Of a stretch of 64,000 bases of DNA, positions 38,912 to 49,305 are shown piece after piece. The stretch covers positions 128,001-192,000 of the forward strand of contig CAWHHI010000008.1 of the NCBI GenBank assembly GCA_963829055.1. The letters are read 5' to 3'. The notes beneath the pieces were generated by a model. That model did not search any database. It had not been told where the DNA came from and saw nothing but the letters and a program-made list of their open reading frames with translations. How positions within the stretch are numbered: the first letter of the stretch is position 1; each line of letters opens with the position of its first letter. Position numbers and translations under genes: made by a program. Source of the DNA: an uncultured Gemmatimonadaceae bacterium. GTDB lineage: Bacteria > Gemmatimonadota > Gemmatimonadetes > Gemmatimonadales > Gemmatimonadaceae.

Positions 38912-40045
38912 TCATACCAGCTCGAGCGGTCTGCCCGAGAGACGCGCAATGAGTCCGAGACGGAACGTGACATCCGTCCAGCGCTCGTCGCCCGACGTCA
39001 TCCGCTCCAGCGGAAACGCGGGCCACACGAATGGATTGGACGAGCGCGGCATCGCCATGCCCTTGTGCGGATGCCAGACGAGGTCCCTATCCCTGTCATC
39101 GAGGAACCGCTCGAACAACTTGCTCCAGCCTTCGTTGCGCCGCAGAAATCCGAGGCGCGCCATTAACTCGAGCCACGAAAGCGCGAAGGGAACATCAGCA
39201 TCTGCGACGTTCCGGTTCGGCAGCATGTCACCGAGCACGAGGTGAGGCTGGGCGACAATGTGCGAACCGAACAACTGCGTGAGCTCCTGACGCGGCTGCG
39301 GCTGCGACAGGTAGTGAAGAATCCGATCGAGCTGGACGTGGTTCTCGCTCCGGAAGAGCGGCATGTGCGCGAGCATACCCAGCGCGTAAATCGACGGCGG
39401 GGCGGCCTCTGGCGCGAGAACCTGCTTGTTGCCGACGCGCACCCACGGCTTGTGTCCAAGCGGCGATCGGACAAACGCGTCGATTCGATCCAGGATTCGA
39501 CGTGCCGCTCCCCTCAGTCGCGGATCGCCCTCGTAACCGGCCTGCGCCAGCGCTGCCGCCGCGGCTTCACGCAGAATCGTGCGACCACGGTGAGCCAGGT
39601 CGGAATCGTCGTGAGCTTCCCTCGCGAACTCGAACAAGAACGCCGGGTCATCATCCTCAGCCAGAAGTCGAAAGAGGACGCGACGCGCTCGCAAGAGCGG
39701 GGGCGAGTCCTTGTCCCAGCCATATTCCAGAAGCCGCCTGAAGGCGTTGATCGTTCCCACGCCCTCGAAGAGGTTCGCGCGGTCGGATGGGACGTCCAAC
39801 ATCGACTTGTTCCATACGCCGTCTGGCGATTGCGTCACGGCGAGGGCTAACGCGGGCGGGTGCGCATAGCTGAGGACGGCCGCCTCGCGGGTCAATTCGC
39901 CTGACACTCGGGCGACGTCTGCCAGTGCCCGGTACCTGATAGCATTCGACGCGTGTTCAAGAAGCCACGCCATCGGGAACTCCACCAAGCTCAGCGGCGC
40001 AACTGGAGTCGGTGGGATTGCGACGTGAGCGGGCTGTTCAGTCAC
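38912..40045 (-). CDS. Conserved hypothetical protein, possible alpha/alpha-toroid (prenyltransferase-repeat-like)
   Basis: 377-aa well-formed ORF; QSPDGVW resembles a QW/PFTB repeat. Confidence 0.65.
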   Translation of the reverse strand: MTEQPAHVAIPPTPVAPLSLVEFPMAWLLEHASNAIRYRALADVARVSGELTREAAVLSYAHPPALALAVTQSPDGVWNKSMLDVPSDRANLFEGVGTINAFRRLLEYGWDKDSPPLLRARRVLFRLLAEDDDPAFLFEFAREAHDDSDLAHRGRTILREAAAAALAQAGYEGDPRLRGAARRILDRIDAFVRSPLGHKPWVRVGNKQVLAPEAAPPSIYALGMLAHMPLFRSENHVQLDRILHYLSQPQPRQELTQLFGSHIVAQPHLVLGDMLPNRNVADADVPFALSWLELMARLGFLRRNEGWSKLFERFLDDRDRDLVWHPHKGMAMPRSSNPFVWPAFPLERMTSGDERWTDVTFRLGLIARLSGRPLELV

Positions 40046-40289
40046 GATATGGCGAGGCCATTAAGTCGTTGTCATGTAACACGTTCACTGTACTCACGCC
40101 GGTCGACGGCGATAGGCGCGTAAGCATAGGCACATTACGAACCGGACGCTAGAGGGGTGTCAGGACGGCTCCAGCGGACGCGATTCGCTTGTGATGAGGC
40201 CTGAGGCCGGCCATCTTGCCATGTGAACTTGATCTTCGCGGCCATGCTTGCAGGCCCCAGCCGTCCTGCTTCTCACCCTGCGGATCGAC

Positions 40290-41111
40290 ATGCGCGGTGA
40301 GTTCATCGACGTCAACGGCGCGCGACTCTACTACTACGCCGCAGGAAGTCGCGGAGCCGGCGAGCCCGTCGTTTTTCTTCATGGCTTTCCAACCTCGTCC
40401 CACTTGTGGACCGAGGTGGTCCCTCTTGTACCCTCCGGACACCGCGTCGTCGTGGTCGACCTCCTCGGCTACGGAAGGAGCGATAGACCCGCCGGACGCG
40501 ATGTCAGTGTGCGTGGACACGCCGAACGAGTCGTTGGACTGCTCGACGCGCTGGCGATCAACTACGCATGTATCGTCGGCCACGACGTCGGCGGCGGCAT
40601 CGCGCAGACGATGGCCGTGCGCTGGCCCACCCGGGTGTCCCGGCTCATGCTCGTGAACTCCGTGGGCTTCGATCTCTGGCCGGGCCGTGAGGTGAAGGTG
40701 GCGCGAGCCATGCTGCCGTTGACACGCCATCTACCGGCGACATGGCTCCTGTCGATCCTCCGCACCGACCTCATGCGAGGCTACCTCACATCCGACCGCG
40801 GCGCGCATTCCGTAGAGATGTACGTCCGCCCCTTCTCCAGTCCCGAAGGCCGCGACTCGCTCGTGGAGCACATGCTGTCGCTCGACAGCAGCGAGACCAA
40901 AGCGATCGAGGGGAGACTCAAGGATATCGTGGCACCGACGGCGATCATGTGGGGTGCAGAGGATCCATTTCTACCTGTCGCCATCGGGCGGCGGCTCAAT
41001 TCCGAGATCCCCGGTTCTACGCTGACGGTGGTGCCTGACGTCCGGCACTTCGTCCCTGAGGAGGCACCAGAAAAAGTAGCGGACGTGCTCACGGAGCTCT
41101 TGGCGCGGTGA
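40290..41111 (+). CDS. Alpha/beta hydrolase (epoxide hydrolase/haloalkane dehalogenase type)
   Basis: HGFP, DLLGYGRS, GHDVGG (Asp nucleophile) and HFVPEE motifs. Confidence 0.9.
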   Translation: MRGEFIDVNGARLYYYAAGSRGAGEPVVFLHGFPTSSHLWTEVVPLVPSGHRVVVVDLLGYGRSDRPAGRDVSVRGHAERVVGLLDALAINYACIVGHDVGGGIAQTMAVRWPTRVSRLMLVNSVGFDLWPGREVKVARAMLPLTRHLPATWLLSILRTDLMRGYLTSDRGAHSVEMYVRPFSSPEGRDSLVEHMLSLDSSETKAIEGRLKDIVAPTAIMWGAEDPFLPVAIGRRLNSEIPGSTLTVVPDVRHFVPEEAPEKVADVLTELLAR

Positions 41112-41428
41112 CAGCCTCACGGTTGGACACGATGCGCGCGATGGTGGCCAAGAACCCGTCGAACGCGCTTGCACGGTTTGGACTGGCGAACGAGGCGCTC
41201 AAGGAGCGACTCTACGACGAAGCGGTGGAGCATCTCCGCATCTATCTCGACACGCACACAGACGAGGGCAATGGCTACGGCCGCCTGGCGGAGGCCCTCG
41301 TGCACCTCGGTCGCGCCGATGAGGCGCGTGATGCGTTGCGCCGCGGGATCGAGGCCGCTCGGAACTTCGGTCACCCGAGCATGGCGAGCGAATTCGAGGC
41401 GCGACTCGACGAGTTGGAGGACCTGTAA
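41108..41428 (+). CDS. TPR-repeat protein
   Basis: Two TPR-like helical pairs (P.NALARFGLA...; YGRLAEAL..LGR.DEA). Confidence 0.8.
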   Translation: MTASRLDTMRAMVAKNPSNALARFGLANEALKERLYDEAVEHLRIYLDTHTDEGNGYGRLAEALVHLGRADEARDALRRGIEAARNFGHPSMASEFEARLDELEDL

Positions 41429-41971
41429 ATGCGGCGGCTGGGGAGCGCGACGCTGCTGGTCGCGATCGGCTGCGCGTCGTTAGGCACGCACGCGGTCCAG
41501 GCCCAGGGACGAGGGCCGCTGCAGTTGCCCCGCGTCGGCGAACGAGTGCGCGTGCGCGCGCCGAGCATTCGGGACGACCGCTATGTCGGACGCGTGGAAA
41601 GTTTGCCTCCCGACTCTATCATGCTCGACACGGCTGGCGTCCGACGCCGTTTGGGATTCGACATGGGTCCGGTACTCGTAGAAGAATTCCGCCGTGTCAC
41701 GATCCCGACGAACGCGATCGAATCGATCGACATCAGCACAGGACGCTCGCACAAACGCTCCACGATCAAGGGAGCCATCATCGGCGCGCTTGGAGGAGCC
41801 GTACTGTTCGGGGTCACCAACCTGCCCGAGGTGGATCCCGGCTTCTCCGACTTCATGAGTGGCGCGACCGTCGGCGTGGTGGTCGGCGGCGTGGTGGGCG
41901 GCGTCGTGGGCTACTTGTTAGGCGCCGAGAAGTGGCAGTCGTTCTATCGGGCCGGGGTACTCCCCCCCTGA
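41429..41971 (+). CDS. Secreted hypothetical protein with glycine-zipper-like C-terminus
   Basis: Signal peptide, SH3/Sm-like beta region and GxxxG repeats. Confidence 0.65.
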   Translation: MRRLGSATLLVAIGCASLGTHAVQAQGRGPLQLPRVGERVRVRAPSIRDDRYVGRVESLPPDSIMLDTAGVRRRLGFDMGPVLVEEFRRVTIPTNAIESIDISTGRSHKRSTIKGAIIGALGGAVLFGVTNLPEVDPGFSDFMSGATVGVVVGGVVGGVVGYLLGAEKWQSFYRAGVLPP

Positions 41972-43179
41972 GCGGGCGGGAGCGTGTCAGCCGGTTCAAT
42001 CGCCACCGCGAACGCGTCCACTGAATAGCGGCTGCCCGGGTTCCAGAGCATCCAGCTCTTCACACCGTTCTTGTAGCCGGCTCGTATCTGTGCGCGCACT
42101 TCCGCCGCGCCATACCGCGGCGGCCCGAGCGTGAAATCCTGGTACCATGGAACGACCTTGGCGGCGTTCGCGATGCCGGCACTTCGACGAGTCGCATCCG
42201 CGAGGGCATGGTCGATCGTTGCGAACGGTGCGGCGTTAGGATTCGCCAGTCGGTACGTGCCCGGCGCAAAGTGCGACGGGTAGACCATCGGCAGCACGAC
42301 ATCCGCCTGATCGATGAACTTCTCCCACTGCTGGCCGATCCCCATGTCCGTCGTGTCGGTCGCCGTTAGGCCAAAGACGTCGATCGTCAACGGGACACCC
42401 GTCGGACGCAGCTGGTCGCGCGCGAACCCGAGCTGCTCGCGGATCACCTGCGCGCGCACCCGACCGTTGGCCAGCGGGAATACCGCTTCGCGCACGAGCC
42501 GCTTCTCATCCGGAAATCGAACGTAGTCGAACTGCACCTCGCTGAATCCGAGGTTCACAGCCTCTTTGGCGAGATCGGCGGCGTATTGCCACACGCCACG
42601 TTGGTGCGGGTCCAGCCACGGCTTTCCGTTCTTGTCGAGCCATGGCTTCGTTGGATCGGACCGGCGCTTGATCGACCACTCGAGCTTTCGCTCGGCGAGT
42701 AGCGGGTCCTTCGCGACAACGATCCGCGCGATCGGATAGATGCCATGCGTGCGCATCGTGTCGAGCACCGCGCGCAGGCGACGGTAGGACATGGGACGCG
42801 TGGTGTCCGCCCCGATCTCCCGCGCCAGCGGGACCGTGGACCGGTACAATGTGAAGCCTCGATCATCCTTCACGTCGATCACGAGCGCGTTCACCTCGGT
42901 GCGCTTCGCGACGTCGATGAGCTCCCACATACGTTGTCCGAGCGCGGCCCATCGATTCACATAGAGCCCGCGCACGACGCGCGGCGTGGGCACGCGTGGT
43001 TGTGCAGGCCTCGCGATGGAATCCGGAACGCTCGGCGCAGCAACGGGCGCGGCCCGTGCCGCGGTGTCGACTTTGGCGGGCTGCGATGCCGGCTTCGAAT
43101 CGCAACTCGCGGCCCAGCACACGAGACTCGCGGCTGCGGCGCTGGCGGCCGCGCGGGATGAGAAAGGATGACGACGCAT
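41944..43179 (-). CDS. Putative glycoside hydrolase (DUF4015/GHL family), exported
   Basis: RGLYV, VIDVKDD, EVQFDYVRFP, PMVYPSH and WYQDF motifs. Confidence 0.82.
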   Translation of the reverse strand: MRRHPFSSRAAASAAAASLVCWAASCDSKPASQPAKVDTAARAAPVAAPSVPDSIARPAQPRVPTPRVVRGLYVNRWAALGQRMWELIDVAKRTEVNALVIDVKDDRGFTLYRSTVPLAREIGADTTRPMSYRRLRAVLDTMRTHGIYPIARIVVAKDPLLAERKLEWSIKRRSDPTKPWLDKNGKPWLDPHQRGVWQYAADLAKEAVNLGFSEVQFDYVRFPDEKRLVREAVFPLANGRVRAQVIREQLGFARDQLRPTGVPLTIDVFGLTATDTTDMGIGQQWEKFIDQADVVLPMVYPSHFAPGTYRLANPNAAPFATIDHALADATRRSAGIANAAKVVPWYQDFTLGPPRYGAAEVRAQIRAGYKNGVKSWMLWNPGSRYSVDAFAVAIEPADTLPPAQGGSTPAR

Positions 43180-43233
43180 TGTCGAGGCAATGTATCGATC
43201 GGAGGAACATGATAACACAGCCAGCGCTCCGAC

Positions 43234-43259
43234 CAATCCGATTTCATCGCCGTGACGTA
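43234..43259 (+). promoter_or_regulatory. Candidate ECF (SigK/RpoE-like) promoter for the DUF4331 pair
   Basis: CAATCC-N16-CGTA, ~100 bp upstream of the ATG. Confidence 0.35.
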
Positions 43260-43357
43260 CGCGTGATGATGGTCACACTCCGTGACCTTGGCGGGATCGC
43301 ACTGACCGGCCGGCAGCGCGAGCCTCGTCCCCACGTCACCGCGTTGCCGGAGATCTC

Positions 43358-44101
43358 ATGTCGCCTTCTCGCTCGCTGTCACGGAGCGCAGCGTTTACGG
43401 TCGGCGCCCTTTTGTTGGTGGGCGCTGGCTCGCTTGGCGTTGCTCTTAGAAGCTCTATCGCTTCGGACCACCAGGACACGCCCGAGGTGGAGTTGCACCC
43501 GCGCCTGGACATCAACGACGTGTATGCGTTTCCCGGATCGACTGCGAACCGCATCGCACTCGTGCTCACGACGTCCTCTCCCCTTACTCCGGCTGCATCC
43601 GTCGGCGCGACGTTCGACCCGGACATCCTCTATCAGATCAAGATCGACAACACCGGCGATGGGGTCGAAGACGTCGTCCTGCAGTTCACCTTCGACGGCG
43701 AAGGGGCCGCACAGCAGGTGACACTCCGCGGACCCGTCGCACCACAGCAGGTCGGCCGGCTCAACACGGTCATCGCCTCCGGACCGACGGTTACCGGGCC
43801 GACCAACACCGCCCTCGGGTCGGCCGAAGGCGTGCAGCTGTTCGCCGGTCTCCGCGACGATCCGTTCTATATCGATCTCGAGCAGTTCTTCAAGATCATC
43901 CCCGACCGTGCGCCCGTGCAGGGCCCGCTGTCGAAGATCGGGCCGAAGCCGGAGGCGAGCTCGTTCCGCAATCCGGGCGTCGACTTCCTTCGCGGGATCA
44001 ACGCGCTGGGCATCGTCGTCGAGCTCCCGGAGTCCATGATCATTCCGCCCAACGCCGGAAGCGATCCGAAGCTCGGCATCTGGGCGACCACCAGCCGCTG
44101 A
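43358..44101 (+). CDS. DUF4331 family protein (N-terminal type)
   Basis: ASDHQD, DINDVYAF, YQIKIDN, FAGLRDDPF and WATT motifs. Confidence 0.85.
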   Translation: MSPSRSLSRSAAFTVGALLLVGAGSLGVALRSSIASDHQDTPEVELHPRLDINDVYAFPGSTANRIALVLTTSSPLTPAASVGATFDPDILYQIKIDNTGDGVEDVVLQFTFDGEGAAQQVTLRGPVAPQQVGRLNTVIASGPTVTGPTNTALGSAEGVQLFAGLRDDPFYIDLEQFFKIIPDRAPVQGPLSKIGPKPEASSFRNPGVDFLRGINALGIVVELPESMIIPPNAGSDPKLGIWATTSR

Positions 44102-44138
44102 CACCACACCGATGCCTAACGCACACAGGAGCCTTGCC

Positions 44139-44726
44139 ATGCGCGTCTCCACTTCCCTGCGATCCGCCGTTTTCGGGGTCGCCGTAGTCGCGGTGACCGT
44201 TGCCTGCAACGACACCGCCGCCGATCGAAACGGCCTCATCACCGGCACGCAGCCGGTCGCATCGCGCGAGGGCCGAGTGTTCACGCAGCGCGAGCGCCTC
44301 GGCAACCCGCTCGTGAGCGAGGTCATGATCCGAAAGGCGCATCACCAGGCTCACAACACGGGCATGCCCAGCACCGACGTTGGCGAGTTCACGGACGATC
44401 TCACCGGGTTCGTGACCGGTGTGGCGGGTCGCGATCCGGCGTACGCGAACGCGATCGCTGGCGCTCTGCTACCGGACATGCTCGTGACCTATCCCAAGCG
44501 CGATAACGTCAACCCAGCTACGCAGGTGTTCTGGTTGAGCTGGGCATTCGGCGGATACGGCGGCCGTAAGCTCACCGACGACGTCGTCGATATCGGGCTC
44601 GGAGTGATCTTCGGACCGCTGCTCGGGAACACGAACAACGTGTCACCCGGCCTAACGACAGACAACGTCAGCAACAATGACGTTGCGTTCGGGACGACGT
44701 TCCCGTACCTGGCGGCCGCGCACTGA
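44139..44726 (+). CDS. DUF4331 family lipoprotein (C-terminal type)
   Basis: Lipobox VAC; QRERLGNP, LPDML, GRKLTDDVVD and FPYLA motifs; AGGA RBS. Confidence 0.85.
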   Translation: MRVSTSLRSAVFGVAVVAVTVACNDTAADRNGLITGTQPVASREGRVFTQRERLGNPLVSEVMIRKAHHQAHNTGMPSTDVGEFTDDLTGFVTGVAGRDPAYANAIAGALLPDMLVTYPKRDNVNPATQVFWLSWAFGGYGGRKLTDDVVDIGLGVIFGPLLGNTNNVSPGLTTDNVSNNDVAFGTTFPYLAAAH

Positions 44727-44734
44727 TCCGTTCG

Positions 44735-44794
44735 GCGACTGATGACATCGAGGCCGCGGCAGACGTCGCACGCGGCCTCGATGTCATCAGTCGC
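44735..44794. repeat. 24-bp perfect inverted repeat between convergent genes
   Basis: GCGACTGATGACATCGAGGCCGCG, 12-nt loop, CGCGGCCTCGATGTCATCAGTCGC. Confidence 0.85.
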
Positions 44795-46826
44795 GCACTT
44801 GCTTCGCCGCCTCGAGCACGTGCCCGATGTCGCGCGAGAGCGCGCGGGCTTCCTGGGTGGCACCCGACACGTCGTCGATCGACGACTGAACGCCCGCGGC
44901 GCGGAGCGCGATGAGATCGATCCGGATGTTCTGGAGCATCAACACGGCGCTCTCGGATTGCGACACGAGCGATTCCCGACGGCCCAGTAGATCGTCGAGT
45001 GTCGCGCGCTGTCGGCGGAGCAACGTCAGTTTCTTCTCGCGGTCCGAAGACTCCGGTTCCGCGGCCGCCGCGGCGATGCGCGCGTCCAGGCGCGCGAGTG
45101 TTTCGGGTGTCACGTCATGATCGAGCCGATGGAGCGCCTGCGCCAGCGACGCAATACGCTCGACGAGCGCGTCCACGGTGGGCCGCACATCGGGAATCAT
45201 GTCCCGATCGGTCTTCGACAGCTTGCCGATGGCGTCCAAAATCTCCGCTTCATCCTCGGCGGCCCGCATCACGCTCCCTCCGTGCGGACCCGCGAGGATG
45301 TCGGCGGGGACGAGCGCAGCCGCACGTTGCGGGGCCACGTTGCGGGCCGGCGCACCTAACGCCGCCGGGCCGCCCGCAGCGTTCAACCCACCGGCGGGGA
45401 GCTTCGCATTGCTGCCGAAGATGTCCCGCAGACGGACGCCTTCAGCCCATAACGACCCGCCGCGTTTCAACACGGAGAGCGACATGAACGCCGCGGGAAC
45501 AAGGAACCACGGCACGAACGGCGACGTGAAGAAATTGATGCCGGCAAGGACGGCCGCACTGGTGCCCACGCGCGCGACGTGCATGCGGAAGGCGCGAATG
45601 CGGAATTCGACCGGCACTTCCTGCCTCGGGTCGAAACCGGGTGGCATGAACTCCCCGCGCGCCAACGCTCTCCTCTGCTCTCGTATCTGCTCGCGCATCT
45701 GCCGGCGTTGGTTCTTGTTGTAGTTCCGCCAGTCTCGCCGCGCGTCACGCCATGAGGACGGCATCCAGGTGGGAATGGCGGGTTGCGAACCATCGGCGGC
45801 CGGCGGCGAGAACCACGGAGGCGCTTGTCCCGAAGGCGCTGCGGGCGGCCGGGCATCGTTGCGCGCGGTGGCGTCGCGGACCGCGCGATGGAACGCAGGC
45901 GGCTGCGCAGGCCACGGCTGCGCGTTAGGCTGCGGCGGAGGCTCCAGCGGCCTCACTGAAGGAGGCGCGGCCACCGGGACGCGCGGCCGGTCGTCGGCGA
46001 GCGCGTCGCGAAACGCGGCGGCATCCGGCCACCGGTCGTCAGGCTTCTTGGCCAGCGCCCGTTCAATGCTGTGCGCGAGACCGGGCGGCAGGTCGCTCCG
46101 CAACTCGCGAGCGGGCCGCGGCACCTCGTTCATGTGCTTCATCAGCATCGACGGCGTATTGGTCGCCGAGAACGGCAACTCGCCCGTGACCATCTGGTAG
46201 CCGACGACACCTAACGAGTAGAGATCGCTGCGGCCGTCGATCTCGCGTTCCCCAATCGCCTGCTCCGGGCTCATGTACGCGGGGGTCCCAACCGTGATGC
46301 CCGTTACGGTGAGCCGGGAGTCTCCCTCGGCAGCCCGTGCAATGCCGAAATCCGAAACGAGCGTACGACCCGTCACTCGATCGATGAGAATGTTGTCGGG
46401 CTTGATGTCGCGATGCACGATCGACCGGGCGTGCGCGTACGCGAGGGCGTCGGCTACGTCTCGGAGCACGCGCCGCGCGAACTCCAGCGGAGCGCGACGC
46501 TCACGTTTGAGGTAGGCGCCGAGACTCTCGCCTTCCACGAGCGCCATGACGAAGAAAACGAGCCCGTTGACCTCGTCGACGCTGTAGATCGGAACGACGT
46601 TTGGATGGCTGAGCTGCGCTGCCGTCTGTGCCTCGCGAAGAAATCGCGTTCTCACTTCCTCGCGGAACGCAAGCTCGGGTGGCAGCAGCTTGATCGCCAC
46701 GGAACGTCGGAGCCGCACGTCGCGGCCGCGGAACACGACGCCCATGCCGCCGCGGCCAATCTCTTCGGAGATCTCGTAGCGCTCGCCAACGGCCGCCGAG
46801 AGCCGTGACCGCAACTCGTCAGGCAT
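44787..46826 (-). CDS. Hanks-type Ser/Thr protein kinase with TM hairpin and C-terminal coiled coil
   Basis: GRGGMG, VAIK, HRDIKPDN, DFG and GTPAYMSPE motifs; Pro-rich linker; 2 hydrophobic helices. Confidence 0.92.
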   Translation of the reverse strand: MPDELRSRLSAAVGERYEISEEIGRGGMGVVFRGRDVRLRRSVAIKLLPPELAFREEVRTRFLREAQTAAQLSHPNVVPIYSVDEVNGLVFFVMALVEGESLGAYLKRERRAPLEFARRVLRDVADALAYAHARSIVHRDIKPDNILIDRVTGRTLVSDFGIARAAEGDSRLTVTGITVGTPAYMSPEQAIGEREIDGRSDLYSLGVVGYQMVTGELPFSATNTPSMLMKHMNEVPRPARELRSDLPPGLAHSIERALAKKPDDRWPDAAAFRDALADDRPRVPVAAPPSVRPLEPPPQPNAQPWPAQPPAFHRAVRDATARNDARPPAAPSGQAPPWFSPPAADGSQPAIPTWMPSSWRDARRDWRNYNKNQRRQMREQIREQRRALARGEFMPPGFDPRQEVPVEFRIRAFRMHVARVGTSAAVLAGINFFTSPFVPWFLVPAAFMSLSVLKRGGSLWAEGVRLRDIFGSNAKLPAGGLNAAGGPAALGAPARNVAPQRAAALVPADILAGPHGGSVMRAAEDEAEILDAIGKLSKTDRDMIPDVRPTVDALVERIASLAQALHRLDHDVTPETLARLDARIAAAAAEPESSDREKKLTLLRRQRATLDDLLGRRESLVSQSESAVLMLQNIRIDLIALRAAGVQSSIDDVSGATQEARALSRDIGHVLEAAKQVRD

Positions 46827-46869
46827 TCTCTCGTGCTCCACGGGCCATGCGTCAACGCTCGCGCGGGCC

Positions 46870-48838
46870 TCACGACGTCCGCCGATTCGCGACTCCCGAG
46901 TCACGAAGGCCGAGCTTCCGCATCTCCTCCGCAACGTACACCGCGTTGTCGACTTCCTGCGCCAGCGACATCGCGCGTTCGGCCAGCTGCGTGACTTGCT
47001 GGAAGCTTTGCCCGCCGGTTTTGAGCTTCAGCACATCGTAGCGCATGTTCTCGAGCGCCAGCACGCAGTTCTCGAATCGCGCGCCCTGACTCTCGCGTTT
47101 CTTCTTGAGCTCTCGCAGTGAGCCGCGTTTCCGTTTGAGAATCGCCAGTCGCCGGACCCGCTCCTCACTGCGCGGGTCCATCGGGTTCGCCGCGGCTTCG
47201 AGCTGTTCGATTTCCTGCTCGACCTTGTCGCCATCATCCGCGGCGAACCCGCGGTCGAGCTCCGTCAGATCCACGGCGAGCAGCTCGATGCGCCGATAGA
47301 GCGCGTCTGCTGTAGCCGGAACTTCCTCGACCTGCTCGCGTTCGCGCTTGGGAAGCGTTTCGATCAGTCGAAGAATGTCCTCGCGATGTCTGGCCGCGTC
47401 TCGGATCTTTGCCGCATACCCCGGCGACACTCGCGCGAGGCTCGCCGCGGGCATTTCGGATGTTCCCGTCGATCGCCCTGAGGAGTCGCCGCCAAAAAGC
47501 CGCCGATTCGACTTCCGCGCGCGGATCCGATCACGCTCCAGCACCTCCGTGCGCTTCTTCTTGTCGAAGAGCGCGCGGAAGTCGTCGATCGATTCCGCGA
47601 CGACATTGAAGAACAGTCGATCCTTCGGCTGCTTGAAGACGTCGCGCCAGTCATACCCGTCGGTCCAGAGCTTCGCGTACTGGTAGGCGAGGTACACGCT
47701 CCAGATCCCGACGATCCCCATCAGGTTCAGCACGCCGAAGATCGCGAGCACCGTCACGACGGCGCTCACGGCGAAGAACGGCGCGAGCTTCTTCCGGAAC
47801 GCGACGACCTTCTCATCGCGCCAGCGCACCATCTCCTCGGGCGTCACCGAGTCGCTGTCCGCCTCCGAGATACCTGCGAACGAGCGACCGTCACGGCCGC
47901 TCGACGTCATCCCGCCGAACCGGTTCGGCTCGTACGAGAGACTCGACTGCGGCAACTCCGGGACATCCCGCGTGTCGAGTGCCACGACGAGCGCATCCGC
48001 CGTCGGGAATCGATTCGCTGGCTCCTTCTCCAGGAGCATCATGACTGCGCGTGCGAGGTCGGGTGGCGCGTCAGGACGGTGAACATCCACCGGCGTCGGT
48101 CGCTCGCTGATCTGCTTCACGAGCAGCGCCGGCGTGCTCGACGCATTGAACGGCAACTCGCCCGACAGCATTCTGATAGCCGACGACGCCGAGCGCATAG
48201 AGATCGCTCCGCCCGTCGATTTCGCGCTCACCCATGGACTGCTCGGGCGACATGTAGGCGGGCGTCCCAATCGCCATACCCGTAGCCGTCAGTCGCGAAT
48301 CGGCACCCTCCGTCACCGCACGGGCGATACCGAAGTCGGTGACCATGACGCGGCCGTCATCATCGCTGCACAGCAGGATGTTGTCGGGCTTGATGTCGCG
48401 ATGGACTACGCCTCGCTCGTGAGCGTAGGCGAGAGCTTCCGCCACTTCCTTGAGAATCCTGCGCGTCTCGTCCGGGTCCAGTCGGTTTTCCCGATGGAGA
48501 CGCACGCCGAGATTCTCGCCGTCGACAAAGGCCATGACGAAAAAGACCAATCCGTCGCGTTCGTCGACGCTGTAGATCGGAACGATGTTTGGATGACTGA
48601 GCTGCGCGGCCGTTTCGGCTTCCTTGAGAAACCGCGATCGGATCTCGGAGCGAAACGCGAGCTCCGGTGGCAAGAGCTTCACAGCCACTTGCCGCTTCAG
48701 TCGCCGGTCTTTCGCCTTGTAGACGATGCCCATCCCGCCTCGGCCGATCTCACGGTCGAGCTCATAATTGGCGCTGAGCACGCGCTCGACATGCGCGTGT
48801 AACTCAGCGTCCGAGGACGAGACGACGGGATCCGGCAC
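46870..48838 (-). CDS. Second Ser/Thr kinase with the same architecture, frameshift near 48172
   Basis: Kinase motifs in the 48071-48964 frame; continues MLSGELPF... in the 46870 frame with TM helices and coiled coil. Confidence 0.88.
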
Positions 48839-49305
48839 CGAGATTATCCGTTGGTGGGAGGGGCGAGGTGAGTAGTGTAGCACCGCGACGGACATCTGAA
48901 AAGACGAGAAGGGCGTTGGGGCGACGCGCGATGCGTAAACACCACATTGGCTTACGTGTCGCACTTCGCGCGTCGGAAGCCACGCCCTGAGAGTCGTCAG
49001 CGAGAGTCATCGGCCGTAGCGTCTTCCGTGGCTGATCATGGTCTGCTGGCGGCTTCGGCGTAGGCGTGGGCTGCCGTTTGCGCGCCTACCCTACGACATA
49101 CCGGCCGTTGAAAGTTGCAATCCCCGCCACCTTGGCGTAACTCACGTGCCCGATCCATGCATTACGCGGGGCCTAATGCGGCCGTGACATCCACTGCGGT
49201 CGGTTCCACGAGCGAGTGATGGTTCGCTGCATGCCGTGGAATGGAGTGTGCGACGCACACCCGGCCCGCCGGATGCGGGATGTTCTTCAGACTAGGTATG
49301 CAAGA

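Noticed and set aside
49105..49140. Sigma32-like heat-shock promoter upstream of lon (TTGAAA...CCCC)
   Set aside because: Spacing and the -10 match are too poor to support a call.
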